Source of the DNA: Candidatus Adlerbacteria bacterium
GTDB taxonomy: Bacteria; Patescibacteriota; Minisyncoccia; Phycocordibacterales; SBAW01
NCBI GenBank assembly: GCA_903884345.1
Contig: CAISEE010000046.1
Location: 3,830-67,829, forward strand
Reading direction: 5' to 3'
Length of the DNA: 64,000 nucleotides
Part shown: one piece after another, positions 41,572-50,265 of the stretch
How positions within the stretch are numbered: the stretch's first letter is position 1
How the letters are laid out: each line of letters begins with the position of its first letter
Program-made: the position numbers and the translations under genes
Notes under the pieces: model-generated
Seen by the model: the letters and a program-made list of their open reading frames with translations, nothing else
Database searches by the model: none
What the model was told of the DNA's origin: nothing

Positions 41572-42912
41572 ATGATCGAAACCGCGCCCGTGATCGAAAT
41601 TAACATCGAGCCCAAGATCCTCGAAAAAAAGCACTCCACCCGCTTTGGCCGCCTGCTGCGCATTTTGGGCCCGGGCCTCATCACGGGCGCCGCCGACGAC
41701 GATCCATCGGGCATCGCCACCTACTCGCAAACGGGCGCACAATTCGGCTTCGGCCAGCTGTGGACGGCGCTCTACCAGCTGCCGCTCATCATCGCCGTCC
41801 AAGAGGCGTGTGCGCGCATCGGTGTGGTGACCGGCAAAGGTCTTGCTGGCGTCGTCAAAGAGCACTACTCGAAGAGACTCCTTACCGCGGTCGTCATTTT
41901 GGTCGTCATCGCCAACACCATCAACATCGGCGCCGACATCGGAGCGATCGCGAGCGCCTCGCAGCTCGTGTTTGACTTGCCCTTCGCCCTCTACGCCATC
42001 CTTTCGGCCATCCTGGTCGTAGCTCTGGAAATTCTCATCAGCTACAAAAACTACGTGAAGTTCCTGAAGTTCCTCACCCTCTCACTTCTGGCCTACCCCG
42101 TGACCGCACTCATCGTGCACGAGCCGTGGAAGCAGATTTTTGCCGCGACCCTCATCCCACACATGGAGTTTAATTTCGCGTTCTTCTTTATCGTCGTCGG
42201 TGTCTTCGGCACCACCATCACGCCGTACATGTTCTTCTGGCAGGCGTCGGGCGAAGTCGAAGAAGAGATTGCCAATCACCACCTGGCGCAAAAAGGCGGC
42301 ACCCCGCACGGTATCAAAAAGTTTCTCAAGCAAGTGCGCCTGGACACCACCATCGGCATGGTTGCCGCAGAAATTGCGCAGTGGTTCATCATCATCACGA
42401 CCGCGACCATCCTCTTTAGCCACGGCATCACCAACATCACTAGCGCCGCCGACGCTGCCAAAGCGCTCGAGCCACTGGTGCGCTCCTTCCCCAACTCGGG
42501 CCAACTTGCCAAAGACATCTTCGCCGTCGGCATCATCGGCCTCGGCCTCTTGGCGATCCCCGTCCTCGCTGCCTCGACCGCCTACGCCATGTCCGAGGCC
42601 TTCGGCTGGCGCGAAGGACTCTACCGCAAATTCCGCAAGGCGCGCGGCTTCTACGGCGTCATCATCGTCGCGACCTTCATCGGCCTTCTTATGAACTTCG
42701 TCGGCATCAATCCAATTAAGGCACTCGTCTTTGCCGCCGTCTTCAATGGTGTGACTGCCGTCCCCCTTCTCTTCCTCATCAATCGCATCAACGCCAACGA
42801 GGCCATCCTCGGTAAATACAAAGGCGGCGCACTCTCGCAAACCGTCATCTGGATCACCTTCGCCATCATGTCCTTCGGTGCCCTCGGCCTCTTCTACACC
42901 CTGCTGGCGTAG
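41572..42912 (+). CDS. NRAMP-family divalent cation transporter (DDDP type)
   Basis: GPGLITGAADDDPSGIATYSQ, GTTITPY. Confidence 0.92.
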   Translation: MIETAPVIEINIEPKILEKKHSTRFGRLLRILGPGLITGAADDDPSGIATYSQTGAQFGFGQLWTALYQLPLIIAVQEACARIGVVTGKGLAGVVKEHYSKRLLTAVVILVVIANTINIGADIGAIASASQLVFDLPFALYAILSAILVVALEILISYKNYVKFLKFLTLSLLAYPVTALIVHEPWKQIFAATLIPHMEFNFAFFFIVVGVFGTTITPYMFFWQASGEVEEEIANHHLAQKGGTPHGIKKFLKQVRLDTTIGMVAAEIAQWFIIITTATILFSHGITNITSAADAAKALEPLVRSFPNSGQLAKDIFAVGIIGLGLLAIPVLAASTAYAMSEAFGWREGLYRKFRKARGFYGVIIVATFIGLLMNFVGINPIKALVFAAVFNGVTAVPLLFLINRINANEAILGKYKGGALSQTVIWITFAIMSFGALGLFYTLLA

Positions 42913-42935
42913 GCACATCAGCAAAATACGCTTCC

Positions 42936-42957
42936 TTGCGGAGGTCAGTCCTCCGTA
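42936..42957. repeat. REP-like palindrome, copy 1
   Basis: TTGCGGAGG-TCAGT-CCTCCGTA; other copies at 59494 and 60110. Confidence 0.75.
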
Positions 42958-42960
42958 TGG

Positions 42961-43557
42961 CTATTTACCGCACACACCCGGGGCCCACAGGCCTTTTTGC
43001 TGTTGCTTGGCCTCGGCCTGCGCTGCATTAAATTCGGCTTGATACTTGTAGGGCACGTCGTAGGTGTACTCGTGGCCATAACCCTCGCTGATTAAATACT
43101 CGTCGACGAGGAATCCTTGCGGGTCGCTGTTAAGGGGCGCCCAGACATAGGCGAGCGTGCGGCCGTACTTGTCGAGCACTCCCTGCGATGGGTCAAACTC
43201 CAAGTGCACCGACTGGCCTGTAAGAAGGAGTTTGGTCTGCGCCGATGCTTCGCGGCCAAAGCACTGCACAGGCTTTCGCGGGTCGACCACCTCGGGCGTA
43301 TCGACGCCGATGAGGCGCACCGTGGTCGTGGCACCCTGGTGCATCACTACAATGGTGTCGCCGTCGATGACGCGAATAACCGGCTCCCAGACCGGGGTCG
43401 AGGTTGCGAGGGCGGCAGCAGAAACGGGTATTTCAGCCTGCGAGTGCGGGTTGCGGGCGAGAAACGGGTTGTCTCCATATGCCGATAGCTGCTGGGTCAG
43501 CACGGCCGCGCCAAGCACCACCAATGAAACCAGCATCCCGTACGTGCGTCTGCTCAT
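42961..43557 (-). CDS. Thermonuclease (SNase) family secreted nuclease
   Basis: VIDGDT, VRLIGVDTPE, DKYGRTLAYV, KGLW. Confidence 0.95.
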   Translation of the reverse strand: MSRRTYGMLVSLVVLGAAVLTQQLSAYGDNPFLARNPHSQAEIPVSAAALATSTPVWEPVIRVIDGDTIVVMHQGATTTVRLIGVDTPEVVDPRKPVQCFGREASAQTKLLLTGQSVHLEFDPSQGVLDKYGRTLAYVWAPLNSDPQGFLVDEYLISEGYGHEYTYDVPYKYQAEFNAAQAEAKQQQKGLWAPGVCGK

Positions 43558-43580
43558 ATCCCTATAATACCCCGCAGCCC

Positions 43581-43609
43581 TTGCGCTCCAAAACAACCTG
43601 TGATACATT
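43581..43609 (+). promoter_or_regulatory. Sigma70-type promoter for a small RNA
   Basis: TTGCGC-17-TACATT with TGn extended -10. Confidence 0.65.
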
Positions 43610-43616
43610 CCTGTGC

Positions 43617-43735
43617 GGAGAGGCACCCAGAAACATCTAAGGGCGTGGTACCGAGATCGGTAGCCGTACTAGTACGTTCGCCGCCGAGCGGGCCGCCTCT
43701 CCACCCACCACCTCCCCAAAAGGAGGTGTTTTTCT
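43617..43735 (+). ncRNA. Unassigned structured small RNA plus terminator
   Basis: GGAGAGGC/GCCTCTCC closing stem with internal stems, then CACCTCC-ccaaaa-GGAGGTG-TTTTT. Confidence 0.6.
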
Positions 43736-43740
43736 TTATA

Positions 43741-43769
43741 TTGCCCGAAAAAGGCTTTGCTGGTATACT
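43741..43769 (+). promoter_or_regulatory. infC operon promoter
   Basis: TTGCCC-17-TATACT with TGG extension. Confidence 0.75.
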
Positions 43770-43789
43770 CAAGGTCAACTAAAACTGCT

Positions 43790-44305
43790 TTGGAAACCCG
43801 AATCAATCACCATATCCGTGCGAAGGAAGTCCGCGTTGTCGGCGCCGAAGGCGAGAACCTGGGCGTTTTGGCCCTGTCTGACGCAATCGCCCGTGCCGAG
43901 GAGCTCAATCTCGACCTCGTCGAGATCTCGCCGAATGCCGTTCCCCCGGTTGCAAAAATCATGGAGTATGGTAAATTCCAGTACGAGCAGGAGAAACGAC
44001 GCCGTGAAATAAAGGCGAAATCTCACACCACCGAGACCAAAAGCGTACAGGTAAAGATCGGAACGGGCGAAAACGACCTTAATCTTAAAGCAAAACGGAC
44101 TGCGGAGTGGCTTCGAGAGGGGCACCGCGTCAAAGTGGACCTCTTCCTGTGGGGGCGGTACAAGTACATGGAATTCGCCTTCCTCAAAGAGCGATTGGAG
44201 CGATTTTTGAAACTCATCCCCGAGGAGTACAAGATCAGCGACCCCATCATCAAGAGCCCGAAAGGTCTCACCACCGTGATCGAGCGAGCAGGAAAGCCAA
44301 AGTAA
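43790..44305 (+). CDS. infC: Translation initiation factor IF-3
   Basis: RINHHIRAKEVRVV, DLVEISP, YGKFQYE; non-ATG start (TTG at 43790 probable). Confidence 0.96.
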   Translation: METRINHHIRAKEVRVVGAEGENLGVLALSDAIARAEELNLDLVEISPNAVPPVAKIMEYGKFQYEQEKRRREIKAKSHTTETKSVQVKIGTGENDLNLKAKRTAEWLREGHRVKVDLFLWGRYKYMEFAFLKERLERFLKLIPEEYKISDPIIKSPKGLTTVIERAGKPK

Positions 44306-44315
44306 TCACCATTTT

Positions 44316-44516
44316 ATGAAAACGAACAAATCATTCACCAAGCGTTTGAAGTTGACCAAGACGGGCAAAATCGTCGCTCGCAAGCCGGGCCAAAACCACT
44401 TCAACGCCAAGGAGAGCCGTTCGACCCAGCAGGATGGCCGCCGCACCCAGAACATCGTCGTGACCCCGAAGGTCGCGCAGCGCTTTATTAACACCGCAAG
44501 CACGTTCAAGAACTAA
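44316..44516 (+). CDS. rpmI: 50S ribosomal protein L35
   Basis: MKTNKSFTKRLKLTKTGK; synteny. Confidence 0.93.
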   Translation: MKTNKSFTKRLKLTKTGKIVARKPGQNHFNAKESRSTQQDGRRTQNIVVTPKVAQRFINTASTFKN

Positions 44517-44525
44517 TTCACCACT

Positions 44526-44876
44526 ATGGCACGCGTAAAAGGAGGAGTCACATCAACAAAGCGACGTCACAATATCTTGGCAATGACCAAGGGTTACCGC
44601 TTTGGCCGCAGCACCAAGAAGAAGCAGGCCCGCGAGGCGATTTTCCACGCCGGCAAGAGCGCGTTTGCGCACCGCCGCGACAAGAAGAACGACTACCGCA
44701 AGCTCTGGAACGTCCGCATCAACGCCGGCCTCGACCAGATCTCGGAGACCTTCTCGTACAGCAAATTCATCGGCGCGCTTAAGAAGGCCAACATCGAGCT
44801 CGATCGCAAGATTCTCTCGACCCTCGCCGAAAAGGCACCCGAGACCTTCGCTCGCGTCGTCAAAAAGGTCTCCTAA
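44526..44876 (+). CDS. rplT: 50S ribosomal protein L20
   Basis: MARVKGG, RKLWNVRINA, LDRKILS. Confidence 0.98.
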   Translation: MARVKGGVTSTKRRHNILAMTKGYRFGRSTKKKQAREAIFHAGKSAFAHRRDKKNDYRKLWNVRINAGLDQISETFSYSKFIGALKKANIELDRKILSTLAEKAPETFARVVKKVS

Positions 44877-44895
44877 TCCCCTCTTTCCCCGGATT

Positions 44896-44928
44896 ACAAA
44901 AACCCCGTCATCGCGACGGGGTTTTTGT
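44896..44928. terminator. Bidirectional terminator after rplT
   Basis: ACAAAAACCCCGTC-atcgc-GACGGGGTTTTTGT. Confidence 0.88.
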
Positions 44929-44945
44929 TTGCACGGTGGGTGGTG

Positions 44946-45542
44946 TTAGCCGACCTTTTCAAAATGCATCTGCGCGCGCGTGATGGTGTCTTTGTTGACC
45001 AGCTCGACGACGCGCTCGACGAGGGCTTTGGGGTCGGAGTCAAAGACGATGCGATCGTTGGGGCGGTGGCCATTGGCGAGGATGTCTTTGATGACCTCGT
45101 CGGTCTCCCAAGCACCTTGCAAGACGCCGATCGGCTTTTGGTCCTCGAAAGCGATGGTGAACTCGTGGATGGTGCCGATGCGGCCGCAGCCAAAGAACAT
45201 CGCGTCGACCGATCGGGTAAAGATGAGGTCGCGGCCCGGGTAGCCAAAGCCCGTGTAGACGATGACGTCCATGTGCTCAATCGGCAGATTGTAGCCCTCG
45301 ATGTGCTCCTTCTCGCATGTGGCCGGTGAGAATCCCAGCGAAAAGCCGCCCGCTTGTTTGGCACCCATGGCAGACCACATCGGGAAGCCGGTCGTGGCGC
45401 CCGAGACGATGATGGCGCCGCTTTTGGCGATTTCTTGACCTAGTTGAATAGCCTGGTCGTAGGCATCGGGGCCGCAGTGGCCGGTTTCGGCGGCGCCCGA
45501 GACGCCGAATTTCATCTGCAAGTGTTGTTGCGGTTGTTCCAT
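44946..45542 (-). CDS. LOG/SLOG superfamily protein (TIGR00725-like)
   Basis: VSGATTG, YTGFGYPGRD, GRIGTIHEF. Confidence 0.85.
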   Translation of the reverse strand: MEQPQQHLQMKFGVSGAAETGHCGPDAYDQAIQLGQEIAKSGAIIVSGATTGFPMWSAMGAKQAGGFSLGFSPATCEKEHIEGYNLPIEHMDVIVYTGFGYPGRDLIFTRSVDAMFFGCGRIGTIHEFTIAFEDQKPIGVLQGAWETDEVIKDILANGHRPNDRIVFDSDPKALVERVVELVNKDTITRAQMHFEKVG

Positions 45543-45554
45543 TTTTTTATTGTA

Positions 45555-46955
45555 TCAGAAATTGATCGACGCCTTGTCGCCCGCCGCGGGGACAATCGAC
45601 TTAATACCGAGATAGTCGCGAATGCGCTGCGCCAAAAAGCCCGATGAGGCTGGCTCCCCCATCACCACGAAGACCGTCTCGAGCGAATCCTGCATGCCCG
45701 CGGCAAAGTCCAGAAGCTGTTCGCTGTTCATGTGCGCCGAGTAGCCGTAGATGGTCTCGATCTTCGCACGCACCGCGACGCTGGTGCCGTGGATGTCGAG
45801 CTTCTTCGCACCCTCGATCAACTGGCGTCCCAAGCTCCCGGCAGCCTGATAGCCCGCGATGAGCACCGTTGAATGCTCGTCGGGCAAGACTTCCATCTCG
45901 TGTGCCAACACGCGCCCGCCGTTGCTCATGCCCGAGCCTGCGAGAATAATCTTGGGGCCGGGCTTTTTCATGATGTCGGTCGACTGCGCGGCATTCTCGA
46001 TGAAGTGGAGCTCGTCGAAGGCGAAGATCTTCTCGCCCGCATGAATGCGCGCCTGCATCGCCTCGTTGAAAAACTCCGGGTGTGCGACGTAGGCCTGCGT
46101 TATTTTCTCGGCCAGGGGTGAATCGAGGTAGACCGGCATCGAGGGCACCTTCTTGTTGGTGAACAGTTCGCGGATTTCAAAAAGGATATCCTGCGTGCGC
46201 TCGGTCGAGAACGCCGGGATGAGGAGTACCCCGCCGCGACGTGCCACGTCTTCGATATGATTCTCGAGCTGGTCGAGGCGCGGCTCGCCGGGCGCAGGCA
46301 TCTTGTCGCCGTAGACGCTCTCGGTCACCAAGTAATTGACGTCCTTGGGCTCCTCGGCCAGGGAGAGGAGCGGCGAGTTGCCACCGCCGAGGTCGCCGGT
46401 AAAAAGGACGCTGCGCACCTCACCCTCGCTGGTGCGACGAAAGAGCGCCATAGCAGAGCCCAAGATGTGCCCGGAGTCGAGGAATTCGAGCGTCACCCCG
46501 TCGCCGAGGTCTTTTGGGGCGTGGTAGCCCATGGTTTGCCACTGCGAGAGTGCCTGCGCGATGTCGGCCTCGCCAAAGAGTTCGGGGTGACCGTGGCGCT
46601 TAGCATCCATACGCGAGAGCTCCATCGCATCGTGGAGGAGCGGCTCGGCAATCGCGCGCGTGGCCTCAGTCGAGAGAATAGGCCCGCGGTAGCCCAGGCG
46701 CACGAGGTGCGGGATACGCCCGATGTGGTCGATGTGCGCGTGCGTGTTGACCAAGAGCGCAATCTCGGTCGGATCAAACCCAAACGGCGCCCAGTTCCCC
46801 GCCTCAAGCTCGGCCCCACCCTGAAACATCCCGCAGTCGATTAAAAACTTTTTGCCTGCCCCGAGCCCTGTCGAGGGGGCGCCTGTATCAAGTAAAAAAT
46901 TGGACCCCGTGACCGAACCTGCGCCACCACAGAAGGTAATTGTTGCTGAAGACAT
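45555..46955 (-). CDS. MBL-fold beta-CASP ribonuclease
   Basis: VTGS, IDCG, THAHIDHIG, GHILGS, ESVYG, GSGMSNGGR, YSAH. Confidence 0.95.
   Translation of the reverse strand: MSSATITFCGGAGSVTGSNFLLDTGAPSTGLGAGKKFLIDCGMFQGGAELEAGNWAPFGFDPTEIALLVNTHAHIDHIGRIPHLVRLGYRGPILSTEATRAIAEPLLHDAMELSRMDAKRHGHPELFGEADIAQALSQWQTMGYHAPKDLGDGVTLEFLDSGHILGSAMALFRRTSEGEVRSVLFTGDLGGGNSPLLSLAEEPKDVNYLVTESVYGDKMPAPGEPRLDQLENHIEDVARRGGVLLIPAFSTERTQDILFEIRELFTNKKVPSMPVYLDSPLAEKITQAYVAHPEFFNEAMQARIHAGEKIFAFDELHFIENAAQSTDIMKKPGPKIILAGSGMSNGGRVLAHEMEVLPDEHSTVLIAGYQAAGSLGRQLIEGAKKLDIHGTSVAVRAKIETIYGYSAHMNSEQLLDFAAGMQDSLETVFVVMGEPASSGFLAQRIRDYLGIKSIVPAAGDKASINF
46855..46878. repeat. Short palindromic repeat inserted in frame (encodes PSTGLGAG)
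   Basis: CCCGAGC-cct-GTCGAGGG matches the 33874 copy (CCCGAGC-gaa-GTCGAGGG). Confidence 0.7.
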
Positions 46956-46996
46956 GCGTTCATTGTACCACTAGGAAGCGTTGCTGTGCCGCCACG

Positions 46997-47030
46997 AAAA
47001 AAGCCCCTCACCCACTAGGGGCGAGAGGCA
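46997..47030 (-). terminator. Intrinsic terminator after the 6S-like RNA
   Basis: GCCTCTCGCCC-ctagt-GGGTGAGGGGC-TTTTTT on the minus strand. Confidence 0.85.
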
Positions 47031-47036
47031 TTTTTC

Positions 47037-47157
47037 GGACTTCGAGAGCAAGCGTCTTCTTGTTGTTACGTGGGTGCTCGCAGCCGGTGCGCCAAGGCGC
47101 ATGGCGATATGAAGCTCCCAAAAAGACACTTAAGGACATTTGCCCCCGCCGTCCTCC
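47037..47157 (-). ncRNA. ssrS: 6S RNA (compact)
   Basis: Promoter TAGACA-17-TAGTTT; long rod GGAC..CGGGGGCAA/TTGCTCTCG..GTCC; TTTGGGAGC...GAGCACCCAC motif pair as recalled for B. subtilis 6S-1. Confidence 0.7.
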
Positions 47158-47186
47158 TTTAAACTATCGCACAACGAATGTGTTGT

Positions 47187-47771
47187 CTACTCGTCGATGC
47201 CGAAGCGCTTGTAGGAGAATCCGGCGTTTGCGCCGAACCAGTGTTTGATCTCATGCTCGGCCTCTTGCGGGGTTTCGGATGCGTGCAAAATGTTGGCAAC
47301 CGCGCGCTTCTCGCTGTTGGCGATGGCCGGTGAATCAATCGAGAAATCGCCGCGGATGGTGCCGACTTCGGCCGCGTACGGCAGGGTCGGGCCCGCGATT
47401 TTGCGGACGACGTCGACTGCGTGTGCACCTTCGACGACCATGCGGACAAGCGGGGCCGAGGTCATAAAGTCGAGGAGCCAGCCGCGTACCATGGTGCCGA
47501 TTTTATGCGCATCGTCGGTGCCAAGTGCCTCGATGGGGTCAACGCCGTATTTGGCGTAGGTCGAGAGGGTCTTCCCTCCCACGCGCTCGATCCAGGCATC
47601 ATACTTGGGGTAGTGATTGTCAATCATGTCGCGTGACGGCTCAAACATCTCGAGTGCCACGATTTTAAGGTCGCGCTGCTCGAAGCGCTTGATGACCTCG
47701 CCGATGAGACCCTTCTTCACGCCATCTGGCTTAATAAGGACGAACGTGCGCTCCTGTTTCAAATTTGCCAT
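47187..47771 (-). CDS. ndk: Nucleoside diphosphate kinase
   Basis: ERTFVLIKPDGV, GTIRGDF, NILHAS. Confidence 0.96.
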   Translation of the reverse strand: MANLKQERTFVLIKPDGVKKGLIGEVIKRFEQRDLKIVALEMFEPSRDMIDNHYPKYDAWIERVGGKTLSTYAKYGVDPIEALGTDDAHKIGTMVRGWLLDFMTSAPLVRMVVEGAHAVDVVRKIAGPTLPYAAEVGTIRGDFSIDSPAIANSEKRAVANILHASETPQEAEHEIKHWFGANAGFSYKRFGIDE

Positions 47772-47783
47772 ACTGCTTCGAAA

Positions 47784-48191
47784 TTATTTATCCGATAAAA
47801 ACATCGCCGTCATGCCCGTGCTTGCCAAGAGCAGCGCCACCGATCCCACAATGAGCGCCCATGCCGAGAGCCCTAAGGGCAAAATCTGCACATGGTAGAT
47901 CACGTCAAGGATCGAGACCGCGATACCCAAGAGGAACGAGGCGAATAACATGACCAACCCAAAGTACACACCCGTGCGCACCGACGGCGCCACGCTGGGC
48001 GAGCGGAAGTACCACAGGGTGCACAGAACCGGCACGATGACCGAGTGCCACAGGAGGTTAATCGGCGCGTAAGCCGCGGCAAACGGCACGATTTTAACCT
48101 CGATGATAAGCCCCAAAACCGTGCCCAAAAGCACTCCCACGGCGGCGATTGACAGGGCGCGGCCCCAACGAATTGTCTGCATAGCTGGCAT
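47784..48191 (-). CDS. Four-TM hypothetical protein
   Basis: Hydrophobic ORF between map and ndk. Confidence 0.7.
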   Translation of the reverse strand: MPAMQTIRWGRALSIAAVGVLLGTVLGLIIEVKIVPFAAAYAPINLLWHSVIVPVLCTLWYFRSPSVAPSVRTGVYFGLVMLFASFLLGIAVSILDVIYHVQILPLGLSAWALIVGSVALLLASTGMTAMFLSDK

Positions 48192-48243
48192 TGTACGGCT
48201 CCCCGATGAAATTGCAATGGCCCGATTTACTACCGCTTGCGCT

Positions 48244-49014
48244 CTACAAAAACGGCGTGAGAATCTCGCAGCCGTCTTCGGTGACCAAGAGCGATTGCTC
48301 GAAGTGCGCGGCGCGGGAGTGGTCGAGGGTGAGGTACGTCCACTCGTCGTCGGCGACCCCGACGTCGGGCGAGCCTTCGGTCATAATGGGTTCAATCGCC
48401 AGGACCAACCCCGCGACCAATTTCTCGCCGTTGCCTTTGTGGCCCATGTTGGGAATAAAAGGCTTCTCGTGAACGGTTTTGCCCAACGCGTGGCCCCCGA
48501 GTTCTTCGACGATGCCAAGCTTGTACTTCTTGGCCACCAGCTCGACGGCAGCGCCAACGTCTCCCACGTGTGCGCCCGCTTTGATGACTTTGATCGCCTG
48601 GCGCAACGCCTCGCGAGTGCCCTCGAGCAGGTTCTTGGCTGCGTCGTCACACTCGCCGCCTACGATTACCGTGATGGCGGAGTCCGAAAAGAGACCATTG
48701 TAGGAGAGACCCAAATCGAGCGAGACGATGTCGCCGTCCTCAAGCGTGTGCTCTTCGGATGGAATGCCGTGCACCACCTCGTCGTTAACCGAGATGCACA
48801 GCGCCGCCGGGTAGGCGTAGGCCGCGCCGCGCGGTTTGTAGTTGAGGAAGGCGGGCACGCCACCGCGGGCACGGATCTCACGCTCGGCAACCATGTCGAG
48901 CTCGGCGGTCGTGACCCCCGCTTTGACCGCACGCGCGGTTGCGGCAAGCGCCTCGGCGAGGTACTTCCCCGCCAGGCGCAGATTCTTAATGTCTGATTCG
49001 GTTTTGGCAATCAT
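48244..49014 (-). CDS. map: Methionine aminopeptidase type I
   Basis: SVNDEVVHGIP, DLG, GHALG..HE, IEP, AHFE. Confidence 0.97.
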   Translation of the reverse strand: MIAKTESDIKNLRLAGKYLAEALAATARAVKAGVTTAELDMVAEREIRARGGVPAFLNYKPRGAAYAYPAALCISVNDEVVHGIPSEEHTLEDGDIVSLDLGLSYNGLFSDSAITVIVGGECDDAAKNLLEGTREALRQAIKVIKAGAHVGDVGAAVELVAKKYKLGIVEELGGHALGKTVHEKPFIPNMGHKGNGEKLVAGLVLAIEPIMTEGSPDVGVADDEWTYLTLDHSRAAHFEQSLLVTEDGCEILTPFL

Positions 49015-49601
49015 GAGAGTTGGAGCGCTTTGAGAATTTCTTGCTGCACGGCCTCGATCGGCTGCTCGCCGTTGATTTCGACGAAGCGGTAGTCGGGCGA
49101 ATTTTTAAACCACTCGTTTACCGCGGCGGCCTCTTGGTGCGACCAGCGCAGACGCTCCTCGATGCCCTCGGTCGTGTCGTCCTCGCGATGGCGCTTGGTA
49201 AGGCGGTCTTTGGCAACCTCGTCGGAGAGGCCGATGTGGAGCACCACCGGGCGCTCGCGCTCGAAGAACTTCATTGCGGAGTCAAAGTCAGGGATCTGGT
49301 CGGTCGTGCGCGGGAAGCCGTCGATGATGATGTGCTCGTTGCCGTGGATGCTGTTGATGAGGCGCGAGGAAAAGAGCTCGGTTGAGATGAAGGTGGGGAT
49401 GAGCTTGCCTGCCGCGATGAGCGGGCGCACTTTTTCCTGCGCGAACCCCTCGCCTGCCGCGAAGGCGCGAAGCGAAGTCCCGGCCGTGAAGTAGACGATC
49501 GAACGCGTGTCGTTGTTGGTAATGTAGTCTTTGAGTAATGAAACCTGCGTGCCTTTGCCGCTGCCTTGAGGGCCTAAGAAAATGATGGTTTGTTGCGTCA
49601 C
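49011..49601 (-). CDS. adk: Adenylate kinase-family NMP kinase (short form)
   Basis: GPQGSGKGTQ, IDGFPR, REDDT; upstream of map. Confidence 0.88.
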   Translation of the reverse strand: MTQQTIIFLGPQGSGKGTQVSLLKDYITNNDTRSIVYFTAGTSLRAFAAGEGFAQEKVRPLIAAGKLIPTFISTELFSSRLINSIHGNEHIIIDGFPRTTDQIPDFDSAMKFFERERPVVLHIGLSDEVAKDRLTKRHREDDTTEGIEERLRWSHQEAAAVNEWFKNSPDYRFVEINGEQPIEAVQQEILKALQLS

Positions 49602-49665
49602 AATCCACATTGTACAAGAGCGCTCACCTCTACACAAATACTAAAACGAGCTACACTTACTGTAT

Positions 49666-50265
49666 ATGAAACTCCACACCATCACCATCTCGGGCATCCC
49701 GGGGAGCGGCAAATCATCGACCGCAGACACCGTTGCGATGCGCCTGGGCTACTCACGATTCTCCTCGGGCGACTTTATGCGCAAGCTCGCGCAAAGCCGC
49801 GGCGTCTCGGTCGACGGGCTGCGTGCCTTGGCCGAACAAGACCACACCATCGATCAACAGATCGACACCGAGGTGCAGCGCGTGGGCCTCAGCGGCAACA
49901 TCGTCATCGACTCGCGCCTGGGCTACCACTTCCTCCCCGACAGCTTCAAAGTATTTCTGTCGCTTGACCCGGAGACCTCGGCACAGCGCGCGGTCGAGCA
50001 TCTCGTGCAAGTCGGCGCACCGGCAGACGACGGCCAACTCCTGCGCGACACGCTCCAAAAAATCACCGACCGCATCGCGAGCGAAAAACAGCGCCACCTC
50101 GCAACCTACGGCGTCGACTTCACCAACGCCGCCAACTACGACCTCATCGTCGACACCAACGCCCATTCGCTCGACGAGACCGTCGAGATGATTTTGGCCG
50201 CCTACAACGTCTGGAGCAACGAGAGACAGCAGCCTCCTACGCCAACCGGTACCCCTCTCGCGTAA
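49666..50265 (+). CDS. cmk: Cytidylate kinase (short, archaeal-like type)
   Basis: ITISGIPGSGKSS, SGDFMR, IDSRL, YGVD, YDLIVDT. Confidence 0.85.
   Translation: MKLHTITISGIPGSGKSSTADTVAMRLGYSRFSSGDFMRKLAQSRGVSVDGLRALAEQDHTIDQQIDTEVQRVGLSGNIVIDSRLGYHFLPDSFKVFLSLDPETSAQRAVEHLVQVGAPADDGQLLRDTLQKITDRIASEKQRHLATYGVDFTNAANYDLIVDTNAHSLDETVEMILAAYNVWSNERQQPPTPTGTPLA

Noticed and set aside
43617-43703. tRNA or SRP RNA call for the pre-infC RNA
   Set aside because: No D-arm or T-arm geometry and no SRP helix-8 motif.
47007-47139. Small ORF MSLSVFLGASYRHAPW... after GGAGG
   Set aside because: The SD spacing is too long, the ORF runs into the terminator, and extensive pairing plus 6S motifs explain the region better.
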